Source of the DNA: an uncultured Planctomycetaceae bacterium
Lineage (GTDB): Bacteria > Planctomycetota > Planctomycetia > Pirellulales > PALSA-1355
Length of the DNA stretch: 64,000 bases
Reading direction: 5' to 3'
Assembly: GCA_963785305.1 (NCBI GenBank)
Contig: CAWAUV010000008.1
Coordinates: 32,001-96,000, forward strand
The translations under genes were made by a program, and so were the position numbers. Positions 45,686 through 57,105 of the stretch are shown piece after piece. The notes below the pieces were generated by a model. The model made no database searches and was not told the DNA's origin. It worked only from the letters and a program-made list of their open reading frames with translations. Every line of letters begins with the position of its first letter. Within the stretch, counting starts at the first letter, position 1.

Positions 45686-47521
45686 ATGTCGAACAGTTCT
45701 CGATTCCAAGCCTTGGCGTTCGTCGCGCTGGGGGCAGGACTTGGCTACCTGGCCGCAAGCGGCGGGCTGCCTTTCACGGAGCGGGCGCGCGCTGAAGGCG
45801 CCGGTCAAGTAACTGCCGAGGGCGCCGGCCAAACGCGGAACAGCGGCGACGCCCCGCCGTCCGAGTATCGTCTGAAGCATGAAATCGCCGAACCGCAATT
45901 GACCCGGCCCGACGTGGAAATCGCCCAAGCTTCGGCAACGCCCAAAAAAGCGGCCGCCCCAGCGAGCCAGGGCAAGAAGCCCAATATCCTGTTCATCATG
46001 GGCGATGACATCGGAATGTGGAATATCGGCGCCTACCATCGCGGAATGATGGCCGGCCGCACGCCTAATCTCGATAAGCTCGCCAAGGAGGGCATGCTCT
46101 TCACCGATTACTACGCCGAGGCCAGTTGCACGGCGGGCCGCGCCAACTTCATCACCGGCCAGTTGCCCATCCGCACCGGCATGACCACCGTCGGACAGGC
46201 CGGCGCCAAGACTGGTTTGCCCGCGCAAGCCTGCACCATTGCCACCGCGCTCAAAGCCCAGGGCTACGCCACCGGCCAATTCGGCAAGAACCATCTTGGC
46301 GATCTCAATGAATTTCTGCCCACGGTCCACGGATTCGACGAATTCTTCGGCTACCTCTACCATCTCGACGCGATGGAAGACCCCGCGCATCCGAACTACC
46401 CCCAGCAATTGCTGAACATCGTCGGTCCGCGCAATATGATCCACTCCTGGGCCACCACCACCGACGACGCCACGGTCATGCCTCGCTGGGGCAAGGTCGG
46501 CAAACAGAAAATCGAAGACGCGGGCACGCTCTATCCCAAGCGGATGGAAACCGTGGATGACGAGATCCGCGACCTGGCGCTGAAATTCATCGACAAGGCA
46601 AAGGCCGACAGCAAGCCGTTCTTCGTCTGGCTCAACCCCACACGCATGCACATCGTGACCCACCTTTCGCCCAAATGGGAAGCGACTCGCAACTCCGAGA
46701 ACGGTTGGTCGGAACAAGAAGCCGGCATGGCCCAGCTCGACGACGACATCGGCCTTGTCCTGAAGAAGCTCAAGGATATCGGCGAGGAGGAAAACACGAT
46801 CGTCGTGTTCAGCACCGACAACGGCACGGAAACCTTCACTTGGCCCGATGGCGGGCAGACGCCGTTCGCCCAGTGCAAGGGCACCGTGATGGAAGGCGGC
46901 TTCCGAGTGCCGTGCATCCTGCGCTGGCCCGGCAAGGTGGCCGCCGGCGCCGTGCAAAACGGCCTTTTCTCGGGGCTGGACTGGTTCCCGACTTTCCTTG
47001 CCGCGGCGGGGAATGGCTCGATTACCGAGGACCTGCTCAAGGGAGTAAAGCTCGGCGACCGCACCTACAAGAACCATCTCGATGGCTACAACCAAATGGA
47101 CCTGATCACGGGCAAGGGCCCCTCGGCGCGGCGCGAAATCTTTTACCTTGGCGAGAGCACGATCGGCGCCGTGCGGATTGGCGACTACAAGTACCGCTTT
47201 ATCGACCAGCCCCGAGGCTGGTTGGGCGAGAAGACCCATCCCGACGTGCCCTATATCACGAATCTGCGTCTCGATCCGTTCGAGCGCACCGGCTGGCCCG
47301 ACCACGGGACCAAAGAGGGCGGGCAGCAATACTTCGACTGGTTCAAATTCCAGTTCTGGCGATTCGTGTTCGTGCAGGAAGTGATGGGCAAGGAGCTTCA
47401 GACCTTCCTCGACTTCCCGCCGATGCAGGAAGGCGCGAGCTTCAATCTCGACGCCGTGAAAGCCGAGATGGCCAAGCGAATGGAACAAGCGAAAGCGGCG
47501 GCCAAGGGCGCCGGCAATTAA
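45686..47521 (+). CDS. Arylsulfatase (formylglycine-dependent), secreted
   Basis: KPNILFIMGDDIG, SCTAGRA (CxxxR), GKNHLG, STDNG, KGTVMEGGFRVP. Confidence 0.95.
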   Translation: MSNSSRFQALAFVALGAGLGYLAASGGLPFTERARAEGAGQVTAEGAGQTRNSGDAPPSEYRLKHEIAEPQLTRPDVEIAQASATPKKAAAPASQGKKPNILFIMGDDIGMWNIGAYHRGMMAGRTPNLDKLAKEGMLFTDYYAEASCTAGRANFITGQLPIRTGMTTVGQAGAKTGLPAQACTIATALKAQGYATGQFGKNHLGDLNEFLPTVHGFDEFFGYLYHLDAMEDPAHPNYPQQLLNIVGPRNMIHSWATTTDDATVMPRWGKVGKQKIEDAGTLYPKRMETVDDEIRDLALKFIDKAKADSKPFFVWLNPTRMHIVTHLSPKWEATRNSENGWSEQEAGMAQLDDDIGLVLKKLKDIGEEENTIVVFSTDNGTETFTWPDGGQTPFAQCKGTVMEGGFRVPCILRWPGKVAAGAVQNGLFSGLDWFPTFLAAAGNGSITEDLLKGVKLGDRTYKNHLDGYNQMDLITGKGPSARREIFYLGESTIGAVRIGDYKYRFIDQPRGWLGEKTHPDVPYITNLRLDPFERTGWPDHGTKEGGQQYFDWFKFQFWRFVFVQEVMGKELQTFLDFPPMQEGASFNLDAVKAEMAKRMEQAKAAAKGAGN

Positions 47522-47532
47522 TCGCCTATCCG

Positions 47533-47567
47533 ACCATCCCCTCTCTGCATTGGGGAGAGGGGATGGT
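47533..47567. repeat. REP-like hairpin between convergent genes (possible terminator)
   Basis: accatcccctct..agaggggatggt. Confidence 0.6.
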
Positions 47568-47607
47568 GGGCGTCAGACAAATCAGGAAGTTCGTTTGAGT
47601 CCGCTGC

Positions 47608-48588
47608 TCACTTCGCCGACGCCGGCGTGTCTTTGACGAACGCCAGCAATCGCTTCGTCAAATCTTTATCGAGATTGGCGAGCTCCTTGGCAATGAGAGC
47701 GTGCGCCGCGAGTTGGCTGCTGCCGGGGTAATCGACGGCGACGAACGTGCTTTTGGGCAGAAGGGCATTGAACGCCGTTGATTCTTGAATCGCTTCGGGA
47801 CGCTGCTTGACCGCCGCGATGAAAAACGGCGGGCAGACGTCGGGATTCTGGCGGGCATGCCACAGGGGCGATGCCTCTTTCAGAGTTTCCGCATCATCGC
47901 CGAAGGCGTCGGCAATCATCTTTCGCACCAGCAATGTGCCCGTCGTGGTCAGGTCGAAGCTGGCGGTGTCGATCGGCATCACGCCGGCCAAGGCCGATTT
48001 GGGCGAGAGTCCATGGGCCTGCAAATACTTCGGCGCCGTGGCGACGAGCGCCACGAGCTGAGCCCCCGCCGAATGTCCCAACAAAAAAACTCGCCGAGGG
48101 TCGCCCCCTTGCGCGGCGATATTGCGATGAACCCAGTCGATTCCCGCGGCAACGTCTTCGACATGCGCCGGATGAACCACGGCGGGCGAGAGCCGATAAT
48201 CGAGCGCGACCATCACCACGCCGGCGTTGGCCCATGTTTGGCAAAGGCGAATCCCGCCCGGATTGTCCTTATCGCCACCTCGCCAGCCACCGCCGTGAAC
48301 CCAAATCACCACCGGCAACGATTGGGAGTTTTCTTTCGCGGCCGAATGGTAAACCTTGAGCGATTGCCTCGGGTCTTTTCCGTAGTCGACCGCCATCGGA
48401 GCATTGCCCGCGACTGGCGCATTGCCCGCGACTGGCGCATTGCCCGCGACTGGCTCCGCGGCGGTCGCCACCCGAGCGGCGAGCAGGCATGTGATCAGCG
48501 AGAGCTTCAACCAGCCCTGCGGCGGGCTTGGCCCGAGCCCGCCAATGCGCGGCCTCCGAGACTGTTCGCGGAGCGGATGATTCGCCAT
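47608..48588 (-). CDS. Alpha/beta hydrolase (HSL-like esterase)
   Basis: VHGGGW, GHSAG, DYRLSP; signal-like hydrophobic stretch; PVAGNA x3. Confidence 0.9.
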   Translation of the reverse strand: MANHPLREQSRRPRIGGLGPSPPQGWLKLSLITCLLAARVATAAEPVAGNAPVAGNAPVAGNAPMAVDYGKDPRQSLKVYHSAAKENSQSLPVVIWVHGGGWRGGDKDNPGGIRLCQTWANAGVVMVALDYRLSPAVVHPAHVEDVAAGIDWVHRNIAAQGGDPRRVFLLGHSAGAQLVALVATAPKYLQAHGLSPKSALAGVMPIDTASFDLTTTGTLLVRKMIADAFGDDAETLKEASPLWHARQNPDVCPPFFIAAVKQRPEAIQESTAFNALLPKSTFVAVDYPGSSQLAAHALIAKELANLDKDLTKRLLAFVKDTPASAK

Positions 48589-48878
48589 GACGGCCCCCTT
48601 TTTCGTTCGAGTCCCAAGATCGGGCTCATTTACCGGATGGGAATTCTTACATGACCCTCCGATGATACCACGGGCCGACCGCACCGCGAGGGGGTCGCGA
48701 GGCGACTCGCGCGGAAGCGAGTCAAGCGCGGGAGCTAAACCAGCGGAGCCGAAAAGCGACGCGATCGCGCGGGCCCGGCAGCCTGTTGACTTCCTGATTT
48801 GTTCGCCCGTCGCCCATGCTTCTGTCGATGCGCGGACTTTGTCGAGAAGTTCTTCGGGCCGTTTCGTTCCGACTTGTG

Positions 48879-49820
48879 CTACTTGCCGCCGATGCGAGCA
48901 AGCACGGTGTCGAGTGTTTGGCGGAGCACCTGGGCGCTGCGTTTGAGGCCCTGCATTTCCTTGGGCCAGAGCTCGATTTCGAGCGTTTTTTGAATGCCGC
49001 CCGCCCCGACGACCGAGGGCACGCTGATCGCCACGTCGCGCAGGCCGTAGCAGCCCTTTTGCACGCTGGAGACCGGCAGCACCGCCCGGCGATCGAGCGC
49101 CACCGCTTCGATCACGGCTTGGATCGCCACGCCGACCGCGAACCCGGCGCCGCCTTTCTTCTTGATCACTTCGGCGCCGGAGCCCTTGGCGCGAGTGAAC
49201 AGTTCATCGGCCAGTTTGGGGCTCCAGCCCGGATAGCGCTCGAGCGGCAGGCCGGCGATCGAGGCGCTTGACCAGATCGGCACCATGCTGTCGCCATGTT
49301 CGCCGAGAATGAGGGCGCTGGTTTGCGTGGGCGGAGCGCCGAGCTGGGCGGCGATCAGGCTGCACAGCCGGATCGTGTCGAGTTGCGTGCCCAGGCCGAT
49401 CACTTGCTGGGTGGGCAAATCAAGCCGTTGGGCGGCCAGATAGGTGAGCACATCGACCGGATTCGAGACCACCACGACCACGGCGCCCTTCTTCGGCCCG
49501 GCCTTCTTGATCTCGGCCAGAATGCCGAGAAATAGATCGACGTTGCGATTGATCAGATCGAGCCGGCTTTCGTCGGGCTTGCGGCGCAGGCCGGCGGTGA
49601 TGCAGATCACGTCGCTCGAGGGGATATGCTCATAGCCGCCCGAGGTGATGGCCTGGTCGGCCATGAGCGTGGCGCCGTGCAAGAGGTCGAGCGCTTGGCC
49701 CGAGGCCAGTTCGGCGCTCACGTCGAGCAGCGCGATTTCGCGCACCACGCGGCCGGCCTGCAAGGCAAAGCCGGTGCAGGAGCCGACCAATCCGCCGCCG
49801 CCGATAATGCTGACTTTCAT
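48879..49820 (-). CDS. Lactate/malate dehydrogenase family protein (BMC locus)
   Basis: IIGGGGLVG, ESRLDLINRN, VSNPVD, LDTIR, GEHGDS. Confidence 0.95.
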   Translation of the reverse strand: MKVSIIGGGGLVGSCTGFALQAGRVVREIALLDVSAELASGQALDLLHGATLMADQAITSGGYEHIPSSDVICITAGLRRKPDESRLDLINRNVDLFLGILAEIKKAGPKKGAVVVVVSNPVDVLTYLAAQRLDLPTQQVIGLGTQLDTIRLCSLIAAQLGAPPTQTSALILGEHGDSMVPIWSSASIAGLPLERYPGWSPKLADELFTRAKGSGAEVIKKKGGAGFAVGVAIQAVIEAVALDRRAVLPVSSVQKGCYGLRDVAISVPSVVGAGGIQKTLEIELWPKEMQGLKRSAQVLRQTLDTVLARIGGK

Positions 49821-49911
49821 GGGATATTCCGCTGGAATGAATGGTGGATGGATGATTTCGCCAGGCGAAGCGCGAGGCGCTCGCCCGATCTTTTCCCGGA
49901 GGGAGCGGGGC

Positions 49912-50799
49912 TCATTTGCCTTGGAGCGCGGCGAGCACGCGATCGGTGATGGCTTGCACGAGGGCTTCTTGATCGATCGAGGCGGCGACCGGTTTTGTGC
50001 CTTCCGAGGCCGGGGTGGCGTCGGCGGCGCGTTTCACGATCGGCGGCGGCGCGTCGAAGGCCCGTCGCTCGACGCCGCTGTGCGGCCAGCTTTCGCGAAA
50101 CACGTCGTTGGCGCAGATGTCGCAGTTCTCCATGCCCGGTGCAAGCCGCGCGTCGGTGAATCCCCACTTGGTCTTGAGGTCGAGCAGTTCGCGCGATTTT
50201 TGCTCCGAGAGATAGGTCACTCGGCCGAGGTCGCGGCTCATCATGAGCATGCGGCAATAGGCGTCGAGAATTTCGGTCCACCAGTAGGCTTTCTCGACCG
50301 TTTCGCCGAAGCTGATCGTGCCGTGATTGGCCAGGATGATGACGTTCGACTTGTGGACGAACGGCAACACGGTGTCGGCGAAGGCCTGCCCGCCGGGGGT
50401 TTCGTACTTCGTGATCGGCACATCGCCCAGGAACACCTCGACCTCGGGCAACACGCACTGCGGAATCGGCTCGCGGGCAATGGCAAACGCGGTGGCGTGC
50501 GGCGGATGGCAATGCACGCAGCTCTTCACCTCGGGCTTGGCCTTCATGATCGCCAGATGCAGCAGCACTTCGCTGGTGCGCTTGCGGCGACCGGCGAGTT
50601 GTTTACCCTCCATGTCGACAATGCACAGATCGTCGGGCTTCATGAAGCCCTTGCAGATCATGGTGGGAGTGCAGAGCACTTCGTTTTCGCTAAGACGAAA
50701 GGTGATATTGCCATCGTTGCCGGCCGCGAAGCCCTTGGCGTAAATGCGTCGGCCGATATCGCAGATTTCTTCTTTGAGCTTATGCAGGTTCGGATGCAC
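49912..50799 (-). CDS. Class II aldolase (fuculose/rhamnulose-1-phosphate aldolase-like) with C-terminal encapsulation peptide
   Basis: NDGNI, TSEVLLH, VHCHPPH, LANHG; DQEALVQAITDRVLAALQ. Confidence 0.93.
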   Translation of the reverse strand: MHPNLHKLKEEICDIGRRIYAKGFAAGNDGNITFRLSENEVLCTPTMICKGFMKPDDLCIVDMEGKQLAGRRKRTSEVLLHLAIMKAKPEVKSCVHCHPPHATAFAIAREPIPQCVLPEVEVFLGDVPITKYETPGGQAFADTVLPFVHKSNVIILANHGTISFGETVEKAYWWTEILDAYCRMLMMSRDLGRVTYLSEQKSRELLDLKTKWGFTDARLAPGMENCDICANDVFRESWPHSGVERRAFDAPPPIVKRAADATPASEGTKPVAASIDQEALVQAITDRVLAALQGK

Positions 50800-50875
50800 G
50801 GTTGACCTCGTGTTTTCGGCGGGCGCCGCAAAAAGGGGTTTTTAAGGATGCTATTCAATGAGTCGTGGAAGCGAA

Positions 50876-51211
50876 TCAGTCCTCGGGCGCCTCGGCGACG
50901 CGAACCGAATCGAGAATCGCGGCGTTGTAAGCGTCGATCGGTTTATCGTGTGGAGAAAACGGCTGGGCCGCCTCGCCGCCTTCGGCCAGCGCGATGAGCG
51001 AGCCGACACCGACGCCCAGGTCGTCGTAGGCCACGAGCTCTTCGGCTCGGGGAATGAGCGACGGGGCGCCGATGGTGGCTCCTTCGCCGAGCGGCGCGAG
51101 GCTCGCCAACTCGTTCAAATCGAGCGGGGCGACGAGCCGGTAGCTGCCGCCAGCCAGCAACGGATGCCAGCGGCTGAGGGTCAAGTCGCCCAGCACTTTC
51201 GCAATTTTCAT
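50876..51211 (-). CDS. BMC pentamer shell protein (EutN/CcmL family)
   Basis: MKIAKVLG, VAYDDLGVGVG, EGGEAA, PIDAYNAAILD. Confidence 0.9.
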   Translation of the reverse strand: MKIAKVLGDLTLSRWHPLLAGGSYRLVAPLDLNELASLAPLGEGATIGAPSLIPRAEELVAYDDLGVGVGSLIALAEGGEAAQPFSPHDKPIDAYNAAILDSVRVAEAPED

Positions 51212-51293
51212 CGTCGAGTCCCCAAGTCTGGGTTCACCGTGAACTTGCCGCCGGTCGTCGCCACGCGGGCGCGACCGTCGGCGTCATGGACAT

Positions 51294-52073
51294 CTACTTC
51301 AAGCGATCGTTCCAACGTTCCGGACAGCGACTCGCGCCGGCGGCGGCGAAGGTTTTCGTAATTTGCAGCAGTTCCCAATAACTTCGCCCCGTGGGGTCGA
51401 CGATCAACACATTCGGACCCAGCGAACGGATCGCGGCGGCCACATCGCGAGCCGAAGCCGCTTGCGCCGCCCGCATTCCCGGCGCCCGATTCACCAAGCA
51501 AACCGCGGCCGCCGCTTCGCTCGTCAGCACGATCGCCGAAGCCGTGGGAGCCGAAGCCGTGGGAGCCGAGGTGGGCCGCACCGCGCCGATCACGGCCTCG
51601 ACCGCCGTGAGCAAGTCGGAATTCGTCGTCACCTCCAGGAAACGTCTTGGGCATGCCAGCGCCGCGGCGAGCGGGCCGGCGTCGAGCGTGCTTCCGATGA
51701 TTGCCAAAATCAGTCGATGCTTCTTCACGTGCTTCTTCGGCGCCTCCGCCGGCGTCGCGAACTCGAGCTTCACCCGGCGCTCGCGAAGCAGGTCGCGCGC
51801 GGCCGGCGTCACGATCGCTCCGACCGGCGCTCGGCACGCGGTCATTCCGCGAAGCCGGCCGGTGAGCGTGGCGGTCGTGACCAGCCGCTCGGAAAGTGTT
51901 AATGTTGAAGCGGAGTTCGTGGTTGCTTGGTTTGGGTTCGCGTGTCCCGCGGCCGAGTGGTTCATGGTTTCGAGACGCTCGCGGCTCGCATCGGCGACCG
52001 TGTGCGCGAGCGCTTCGCGCACCAGCGCTTCGATGGTTTCACGGGCATCGGGTTGGGTTCGGTTCTCGGCCAT
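51294..52073 (-). CDS. BMC-locus hypothetical protein
   Basis: ATG overlaps the upstream TGA; ETIEALVREALAH; AIVTPAARDLLRER; CLVNRAPGMRAA. Confidence 0.8.
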   Translation of the reverse strand: MAENRTQPDARETIEALVREALAHTVADASRERLETMNHSAAGHANPNQATTNSASTLTLSERLVTTATLTGRLRGMTACRAPVGAIVTPAARDLLRERRVKLEFATPAEAPKKHVKKHRLILAIIGSTLDAGPLAAALACPRRFLEVTTNSDLLTAVEAVIGAVRPTSAPTASAPTASAIVLTSEAAAAVCLVNRAPGMRAAQAASARDVAAAIRSLGPNVLIVDPTGRSYWELLQITKTFAAAGASRCPERWNDRLK

Positions 52074-52330
52074 CAATCGGCAATACCCATCACGCTCCAC
52101 CGCGCGGGCGTCGTTTCGCTCTTCGTGAGACCGCGCATCGCCTTGCCATCGCTCGTGAGCACTACCTGTTCGCCTAGGCCGGCGCCGAGGGTATCGATCG
52201 CCAGCACCGGCTCGCCATCGGGCGAAGCGCCGTCGGCCGCGAGCGGCTGCGCCACGAGCAGCTTCATTCCCGCGAGCGACGGATGCTTGACGCTCGAAGT
52301 CGCGTGGCCCACGATGGTCGCGAGTTGCAT
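52073..52330 (-). CDS. BMC pentamer shell protein (EutN/CcmL family)
   Basis: MQLATIVG..KHPSLAGMKLLV, AIDTLGAGLGEQV, VMGIAD. Confidence 0.92.
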   Translation of the reverse strand: MQLATIVGHATSSVKHPSLAGMKLLVAQPLAADGASPDGEPVLAIDTLGAGLGEQVVLTSDGKAMRGLTKSETTPARWSVMGIAD

Positions 52331-52394
52331 GGAAATCGTTCTTTCGGTGGTTCCGTGGAATTCGTCTGCCGAGTGAGTCGATCGTTTTCGTTGC

Positions 52395-53864
52395 TTATGC
52401 TTTTCCCAAGATTCGTAGGTCATCGATCAGCGAGCAGCGCCGCTCACGAGTGAATGTGAGCGGCGTGGTGACGCCTTCGCCGGTGGGCGTGGCGATCGAA
52501 AACGACAGATAACCTTCGCCGCCCAGACCGAGCGCGGCCATGCACGGGCCGTTTTTCACGAACAGCGTCGTGTCGAGCGCGCGGCCCATCTTGGTCATGT
52601 TCCGCACATTGTTCGAATGAATGATCGCCGTGTGGCGGAAGCCATGTTCATAGTGTTTGGCCTTGGCGATCGCTTCGTCCACGTCGCGACAGCGCACGAA
52701 CGGCACGAAAGGCATCATTTGCTCGACCGGCACGAACGGGTTCGATTCATCGGTCTCGGCGAATAGCAGCTCGGTCTCGGCCGGCACGCTCTTGCCAATC
52801 TCCCGGGCGAGCACGGCGGCGTCTTGGCCGATAAAATCCTTGGCGGCCACATCATGCTTATCGGCGCCTTCGCCCACGCTGGTGATCGCCTTGCTGGTGA
52901 GCGCGTCGACTTCGCGGCTATTGAGCCTCGCGGCGCCGGCGCGGTCCATGGCGGCCATCATGGCGTCGAACACCTCGCCGACGACGAACACTTCCTTTTC
53001 GGCGATGCAGAGCAGGTTGTTGTCGTAGGCGGCGCCGGTGATGATCGAGCGCGCGGCGCGGTCGAGATCGGCGGTTTCATCGACCACGACCGGCGGATTG
53101 CCCGGTCCGGCCACGACGGCCCGCTTGCTCGAGCGCAGGGCGGCCCGCGCCACGGCCGGCCCGCCGGTGACGCAGATCATCTTCACGCCGCGATGGTTGA
53201 AAATGGCGTCGGCGGTTTCGAGCGTGGGTTCGGCGATCACGCAGATCAGGTTGTCGATGCCCAGGTCGCGATAGATGGCTTCGTTGAAGCGACGCACGCC
53301 CTCGGCCGCCACGCGGCGCCCGCTCGGATGCGGATTGACCACCAGCGTGTTGCCGCCGGCGATCATGCTCACGGCGTTGCCGGTGATGGTGGGCAGCGAA
53401 TGGGTGACGGGCGTCACGGCGCCGATCACGCCGAACGGGGCGTGTTCGATGACCGCCAGGCCGTGATCTCCGCTGAAGACCTCGCTGCGCAGGAACTCGA
53501 CGCCCGGAGTGCGTTCGCCGAGGGTTTTGAGTTTTTCGATTTTGTGGGCGAGGCGGCCGATCTTGGTTTCTTCCATTTCCATCGTGCCGAGCTCGACGCA
53601 CTGGTCGATCGAGATGCGGCGGATATGGTCGATGATCCGTTTGCGTTCCTCGATCGTTCGCTCGCTGAGCTGTTCGAAGGCATGCGTGGCCGCCTCGACC
53701 GCTTCGTCGACGCTGGTGAACACACCCCGCGCGCCGCAGTGGCACTTGCAGCCGCCGCCACACGACGCGCCGCCACTGGAGCCCGCGCCGCCAGACGCCG
53801 CCGGCGCCAAGCGAGAGAGCACTTCCGACACCACTTCGCGAATCAATTCTTCGGTCGCTTGCAT
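52395..53864 (-). CDS. CoA-acylating aldehyde dehydrogenase (EutE/PduP family)
   Basis: [56 protein letters not shown]-terminal encapsulation peptide. Confidence 0.95.
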   Translation of the reverse strand: MQATEELIREVVSEVLSRLAPAASGGAGSSGGASCGGGCKCHCGARGVFTSVDEAVEAATHAFEQLSERTIEERKRIIDHIRRISIDQCVELGTMEMEETKIGRLAHKIEKLKTLGERTPGVEFLRSEVFSGDHGLAVIEHAPFGVIGAVTPVTHSLPTITGNAVSMIAGGNTLVVNPHPSGRRVAAEGVRRFNEAIYRDLGIDNLICVIAEPTLETADAIFNHRGVKMICVTGGPAVARAALRSSKRAVVAGPGNPPVVVDETADLDRAARSIITGAAYDNNLLCIAEKEVFVVGEVFDAMMAAMDRAGAARLNSREVDALTSKAITSVGEGADKHDVAAKDFIGQDAAVLAREIGKSVPAETELLFAETDESNPFVPVEQMMPFVPFVRCRDVDEAIAKAKHYEHGFRHTAIIHSNNVRNMTKMGRALDTTLFVKNGPCMAALGLGGEGYLSFSIATPTGEGVTTPLTFTRERRCSLIDDLRILGKA

Positions 53865-53949
53865 ATCAGGCTTCGTCCCGCGGGAGTTTTAATGTTCTGA
53901 ACGTGGGGATGGATTCTTCGGTTGAGAGCCGGTGGCTGGGTCTGGGGGC

Positions 53950-54273
53950 TCAGCTTCGCGGCGCTTCGGACCGCAGCGTCACTTCGCTCTGATCGACGCG
54001 CACCCGGTCGACAATGCCGATCACCACCGCGTCGATCGGCAATTGCTTGGTCTCGGGGGTTTGTCGGGCGCTGGAGCCCTGGGTAATGAGCACGAAGTCG
54101 CCCTCGCCCGCGCCGACCGTGTCGACCGCGATGAAGGTGCGGCCGGTGCTGACCAGCGCGGTGCGGTCGCGGGCGTCGAGACGAACTGGCTCGACCACCA
54201 GCAGTCGCTGGCCGACCATCGACTCGACCTTTTGCGTGGCGATCACGGCGCCGGTCACTTTGGCGATGAACAT
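53950..54273 (-). CDS. eutN: BMC pentamer shell protein (EutN/CcmL family)
   Basis: MFIAKVTGAVIATQK, AVDTVGAGEG, GSSAR, PIDAVVIGIVD. Confidence 0.93.
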   Translation of the reverse strand: MFIAKVTGAVIATQKVESMVGQRLLVVEPVRLDARDRTALVSTGRTFIAVDTVGAGEGDFVLITQGSSARQTPETKQLPIDAVVIGIVDRVRVDQSEVTLRSEAPRS

Positions 54274-54378
54274 GGCAGGGGCTTTCTCAAAAACCGCGAA
54301 AACGCGGACTTCGCAACGCTCTCACGACAAGTCGTTCTCAAGACAACACGTTCTCGCGACACGATATTCTCGCTCCGC

Positions 54379-55581
54379 TCAACCGCTCGCCGCGGCTTGG
54401 CCCGCGAGCAGGTCGCGAGTCTGCCGGGCCACGATCAACTCTTCGTTCGTCGGAATCACCCAGACTTGCGTGCGGCTATCGGCCGCGCTCATGCGCTGCT
54501 CGCCCTTGGCCGAGGCGTTGGCCGCGGGATCGAGCCGAATGCCGAGTTCTTCGAGCCCGGCGCAGGTCGCGCTCCGGATATTGACGCCGTTTTCACCGAT
54601 GCCGCCGGTGAACACGATCGCGTCGGCTCCGCCCAGCTCGACCAAGAGCCCGCCGAGGTGATAGCGAATGCCGGCCACGAACACATCGAGCGCGAGCCTT
54701 GCCCGGGCATTGCCGGCCTGGGCCGCTTCCTCCAAATCGCGGACATCGCCGCTCAGGCCACTGAGGCCCAAGAGCCCGCCTTGCTCGGCGAGCTCGTGGA
54801 GCACTTCGACGAGCGATTTGCCGGTGCGTTCCATAATCACCGGCAGCGCGAACGGGTCGAAGTCTCCCACGCGGTTGTTCTGGGCCAAGCCCGACTGGGG
54901 GCTCATGCCCATCGTGGTTCCCACACTGCGTCCGTCGCGCACCGCGCAGAGCGAATTCGAGCCTCCCAAGTGGCAGGAGATGATCCGGAGCTTGTCGCGG
55001 CCGAGCAGTTCGGCGACGCGAGTGGCGATGTAGCGATGGCTGGCGCCGTGGAACCCATGCCGAACGACGCCATGTTCCTCGGCCCAGGCATGCGGCGCGG
55101 CATAGTGTCGGGCGGCGGGCGAGATCGAGGCGTGGAAGCCGGTCTCGAACGCGGCCACGAGCGGAATCTCCGGCAGCCGCTCGCCCAGAAGCCGCATCGC
55201 CGCGACATAGGGCGGATTGTGCGCCGGCGCCACATGGCGCATTTCTTCCATCGCCGCGAGCACATCGGGCGTAACCCGTTGCACTCCGCTCACCCGGCCG
55301 CCATGCACGGCCTTGAAGCCGATGGCGGCCACTTCGCTGGCGTCGCGCAAGCAGCCGCCCTCGGGCGCGGTGAGTTGCTCGAGGCACAGCCGCACCGCCG
55401 CCGCATGATCGGGCGCGGCGGTGGTGAAGTCGCGCCGCGCGCCGCCGATGTCGACAAACGATCGGCTCTCGCGAGCGCCGATGCGTTCGACTCCACCGCG
55501 GGCAAGCTGCCGCTCATCCCGCATGTCGTACAGCCGGTACTTGAAGCTGGTGGAGCCCAAGTTGGCGACCAGAATCTTCAT
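54379..55581 (-). CDS. ackA: Acetate/propionate kinase
   Basis: [47 protein letters not shown]. Confidence 0.93.
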   Translation of the reverse strand: MKILVANLGSTSFKYRLYDMRDERQLARGGVERIGARESRSFVDIGGARRDFTTAAPDHAAAVRLCLEQLTAPEGGCLRDASEVAAIGFKAVHGGRVSGVQRVTPDVLAAMEEMRHVAPAHNPPYVAAMRLLGERLPEIPLVAAFETGFHASISPAARHYAAPHAWAEEHGVVRHGFHGASHRYIATRVAELLGRDKLRIISCHLGGSNSLCAVRDGRSVGTTMGMSPQSGLAQNNRVGDFDPFALPVIMERTGKSLVEVLHELAEQGGLLGLSGLSGDVRDLEEAAQAGNARARLALDVFVAGIRYHLGGLLVELGGADAIVFTGGIGENGVNIRSATCAGLEELGIRLDPAANASAKGEQRMSAADSRTQVWVIPTNEELIVARQTRDLLAGQAAASG

Positions 55582-55615
55582 GGCGAAGCGTTCCTTGCGA
55601 AAACCATGTTCCCGA

Positions 55616-55882
55616 CTACGACAGATAAGCGGCCACGAGCCCTTCGGCCGGACGGGCAATCACATGGCTGGCCACGAGCTCGCCCACTTGCGAGGCGGCG
55701 GCGGCCCCGGCTTCGACAGCCGCGCGCACACTGCCGACATCGCCCTTGACGATCGTGGTGACGAAGGCGTTGCCGATCGAAATGCGCTTCACGATCTCGA
55801 CATTGGCCGACTTTGCCATTGCGTCGGTGGCTTCGACCAGCGCGGCCAAGCCTTTGGTTTCAATAAGTCCGATAGCGTCCAT
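55616..55882 (-). CDS. BMC hexamer shell protein
   Basis: [34 protein letters not shown]. Confidence 0.96.
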   Translation of the reverse strand: MDAIGLIETKGLAALVEATDAMAKSANVEIVKRISIGNAFVTTIVKGDVGSVRAAVEAGAAAASQVGELVASHVIARPAEGLVAAYLS

Positions 55883-55981
55883 AGTGAGGATCGATCCTAT
55901 TCTTTGAGTGAGGGGGGATGAGCGATGGTGTTCAATGGTCCCGGCGTGGCGCGGGAGCGCCTCGCGCGAGCCGTAAAAAAA

Positions 55982-56281
55982 TCAACTCGCGGCCGGCTTC
56001 TTCCATTCGGGCAGCACGATATTCAGGTCGTCGTGCGGTCGCGGAATGACTTGCACGGCGGTGACTTCGCCGATGCGGCCCGCGGCGGCGGCGCCGGCGT
56101 CGGTGGCGGCTTTCACGGCCGCGACATCGCCGGTCACAAAGGCGGTGACGAGCCCGCTGCCGATTTTGTCCCAGCCCACGAACCGCACATTGGCGGCCTT
56201 CATCATCGCGTCGGTCGCCTCGACGATGGCAATAAAGCCCTTCGCCTCGATCATGCCGAGCGCTTCGTTCACTTTGGCCAT
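55982..56281 (-). CDS. BMC hexamer shell protein
   Basis: [33 protein letters not shown]. Confidence 0.96.
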   Translation of the reverse strand: MAKVNEALGMIEAKGFIAIVEATDAMMKAANVRFVGWDKIGSGLVTAFVTGDVAAVKAATDAGAAAAGRIGEVTAVQVIPRPHDDLNIVLPEWKKPAAS

Positions 56282-56380
56282 GGTGGCTTTCTCCAGAAGT
56301 AAAGAACTACGAAAATCGTTTCCCCGGGGGGAATCCAACACAAAAATCGACGCGTTGCCTGAATCGCCTTTTGTCCGTTG

Positions 56381-57084
56381 CTAGGTCTGCCGCAGCAGTT
56401 CGACTCCGGTGGCGTGGTCCAGGTCGGCGGCGTTGCCTTCGTCGGTGTCGAGGTGTACTTCGAGCTTGCTCGTGGCGTCGGCCCGAACCAGCAGGTCCTC
56501 AAGCACCAACCCGCAACCGCCGCGGATGCGGAGGCTCATGCGGTCTCCGTTTTTCACGCCATAGGCGGCGGCTTGTTCGAAATTCATATGCACATGGCGC
56601 TCGGCCCGAATCACGCCTTCCTTAAGTTCGACCACGCCCTTGGGCCCCACGAGCACACAGCCCGGCGAACCGGCGATCTTGCCGCTCGCTCGCACCGGCA
56701 GATCGATGCCCAGGGAAATGCCGTCGGTGAAGGCTAGCTCCACTTGGCTTTGCGGACGCGTGGGCCCCAGCACACGCACCTCGGGCAGCATCCGCTTTCG
56801 CGGGCCCACGACCATCACGGTCTCGGCGGCGGCGAAAAAGCCGTCTTGATACAGGGGCTTGGCCGGCGTGAGCGTGCGACCGGGTCCGAACAAAATCTCA
56901 ACGTGTTCGTCGGTCAGATGGCAGTGCCGCGCCGAAATGCTCACCACCAGCTTGGGCGCCGCGGGCTCGCCGGGCGAAGTTCTTGCCGCGCCGCGCCGGC
57001 GATCGCGCCGGCCACTTTACCAAGCACAACCTCGCGAACGATGCGTTCGACGGCCGCGCGATCCAGGGAAGCGTTTGCATGCAT
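56381..57084 (-). CDS. pduL: Phosphate propanoyltransferase PduL (apparent frameshift near 56960-57020)
   Basis: [34 protein letters not shown]-terminal [15 protein letters not shown] in the adjacent frame. Confidence 0.92.
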
Positions 57085-57105
57085 GGTGTTGATTTCTGGG
57101 GGGAT

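Noticed and set aside
2007..57084. Widespread pseudogenisation or programmed frameshifting
   Set aside because: Both sides of each break look intact with no in-frame stops or decay, and no slippery heptamers were seen; sequencing error is more parsimonious
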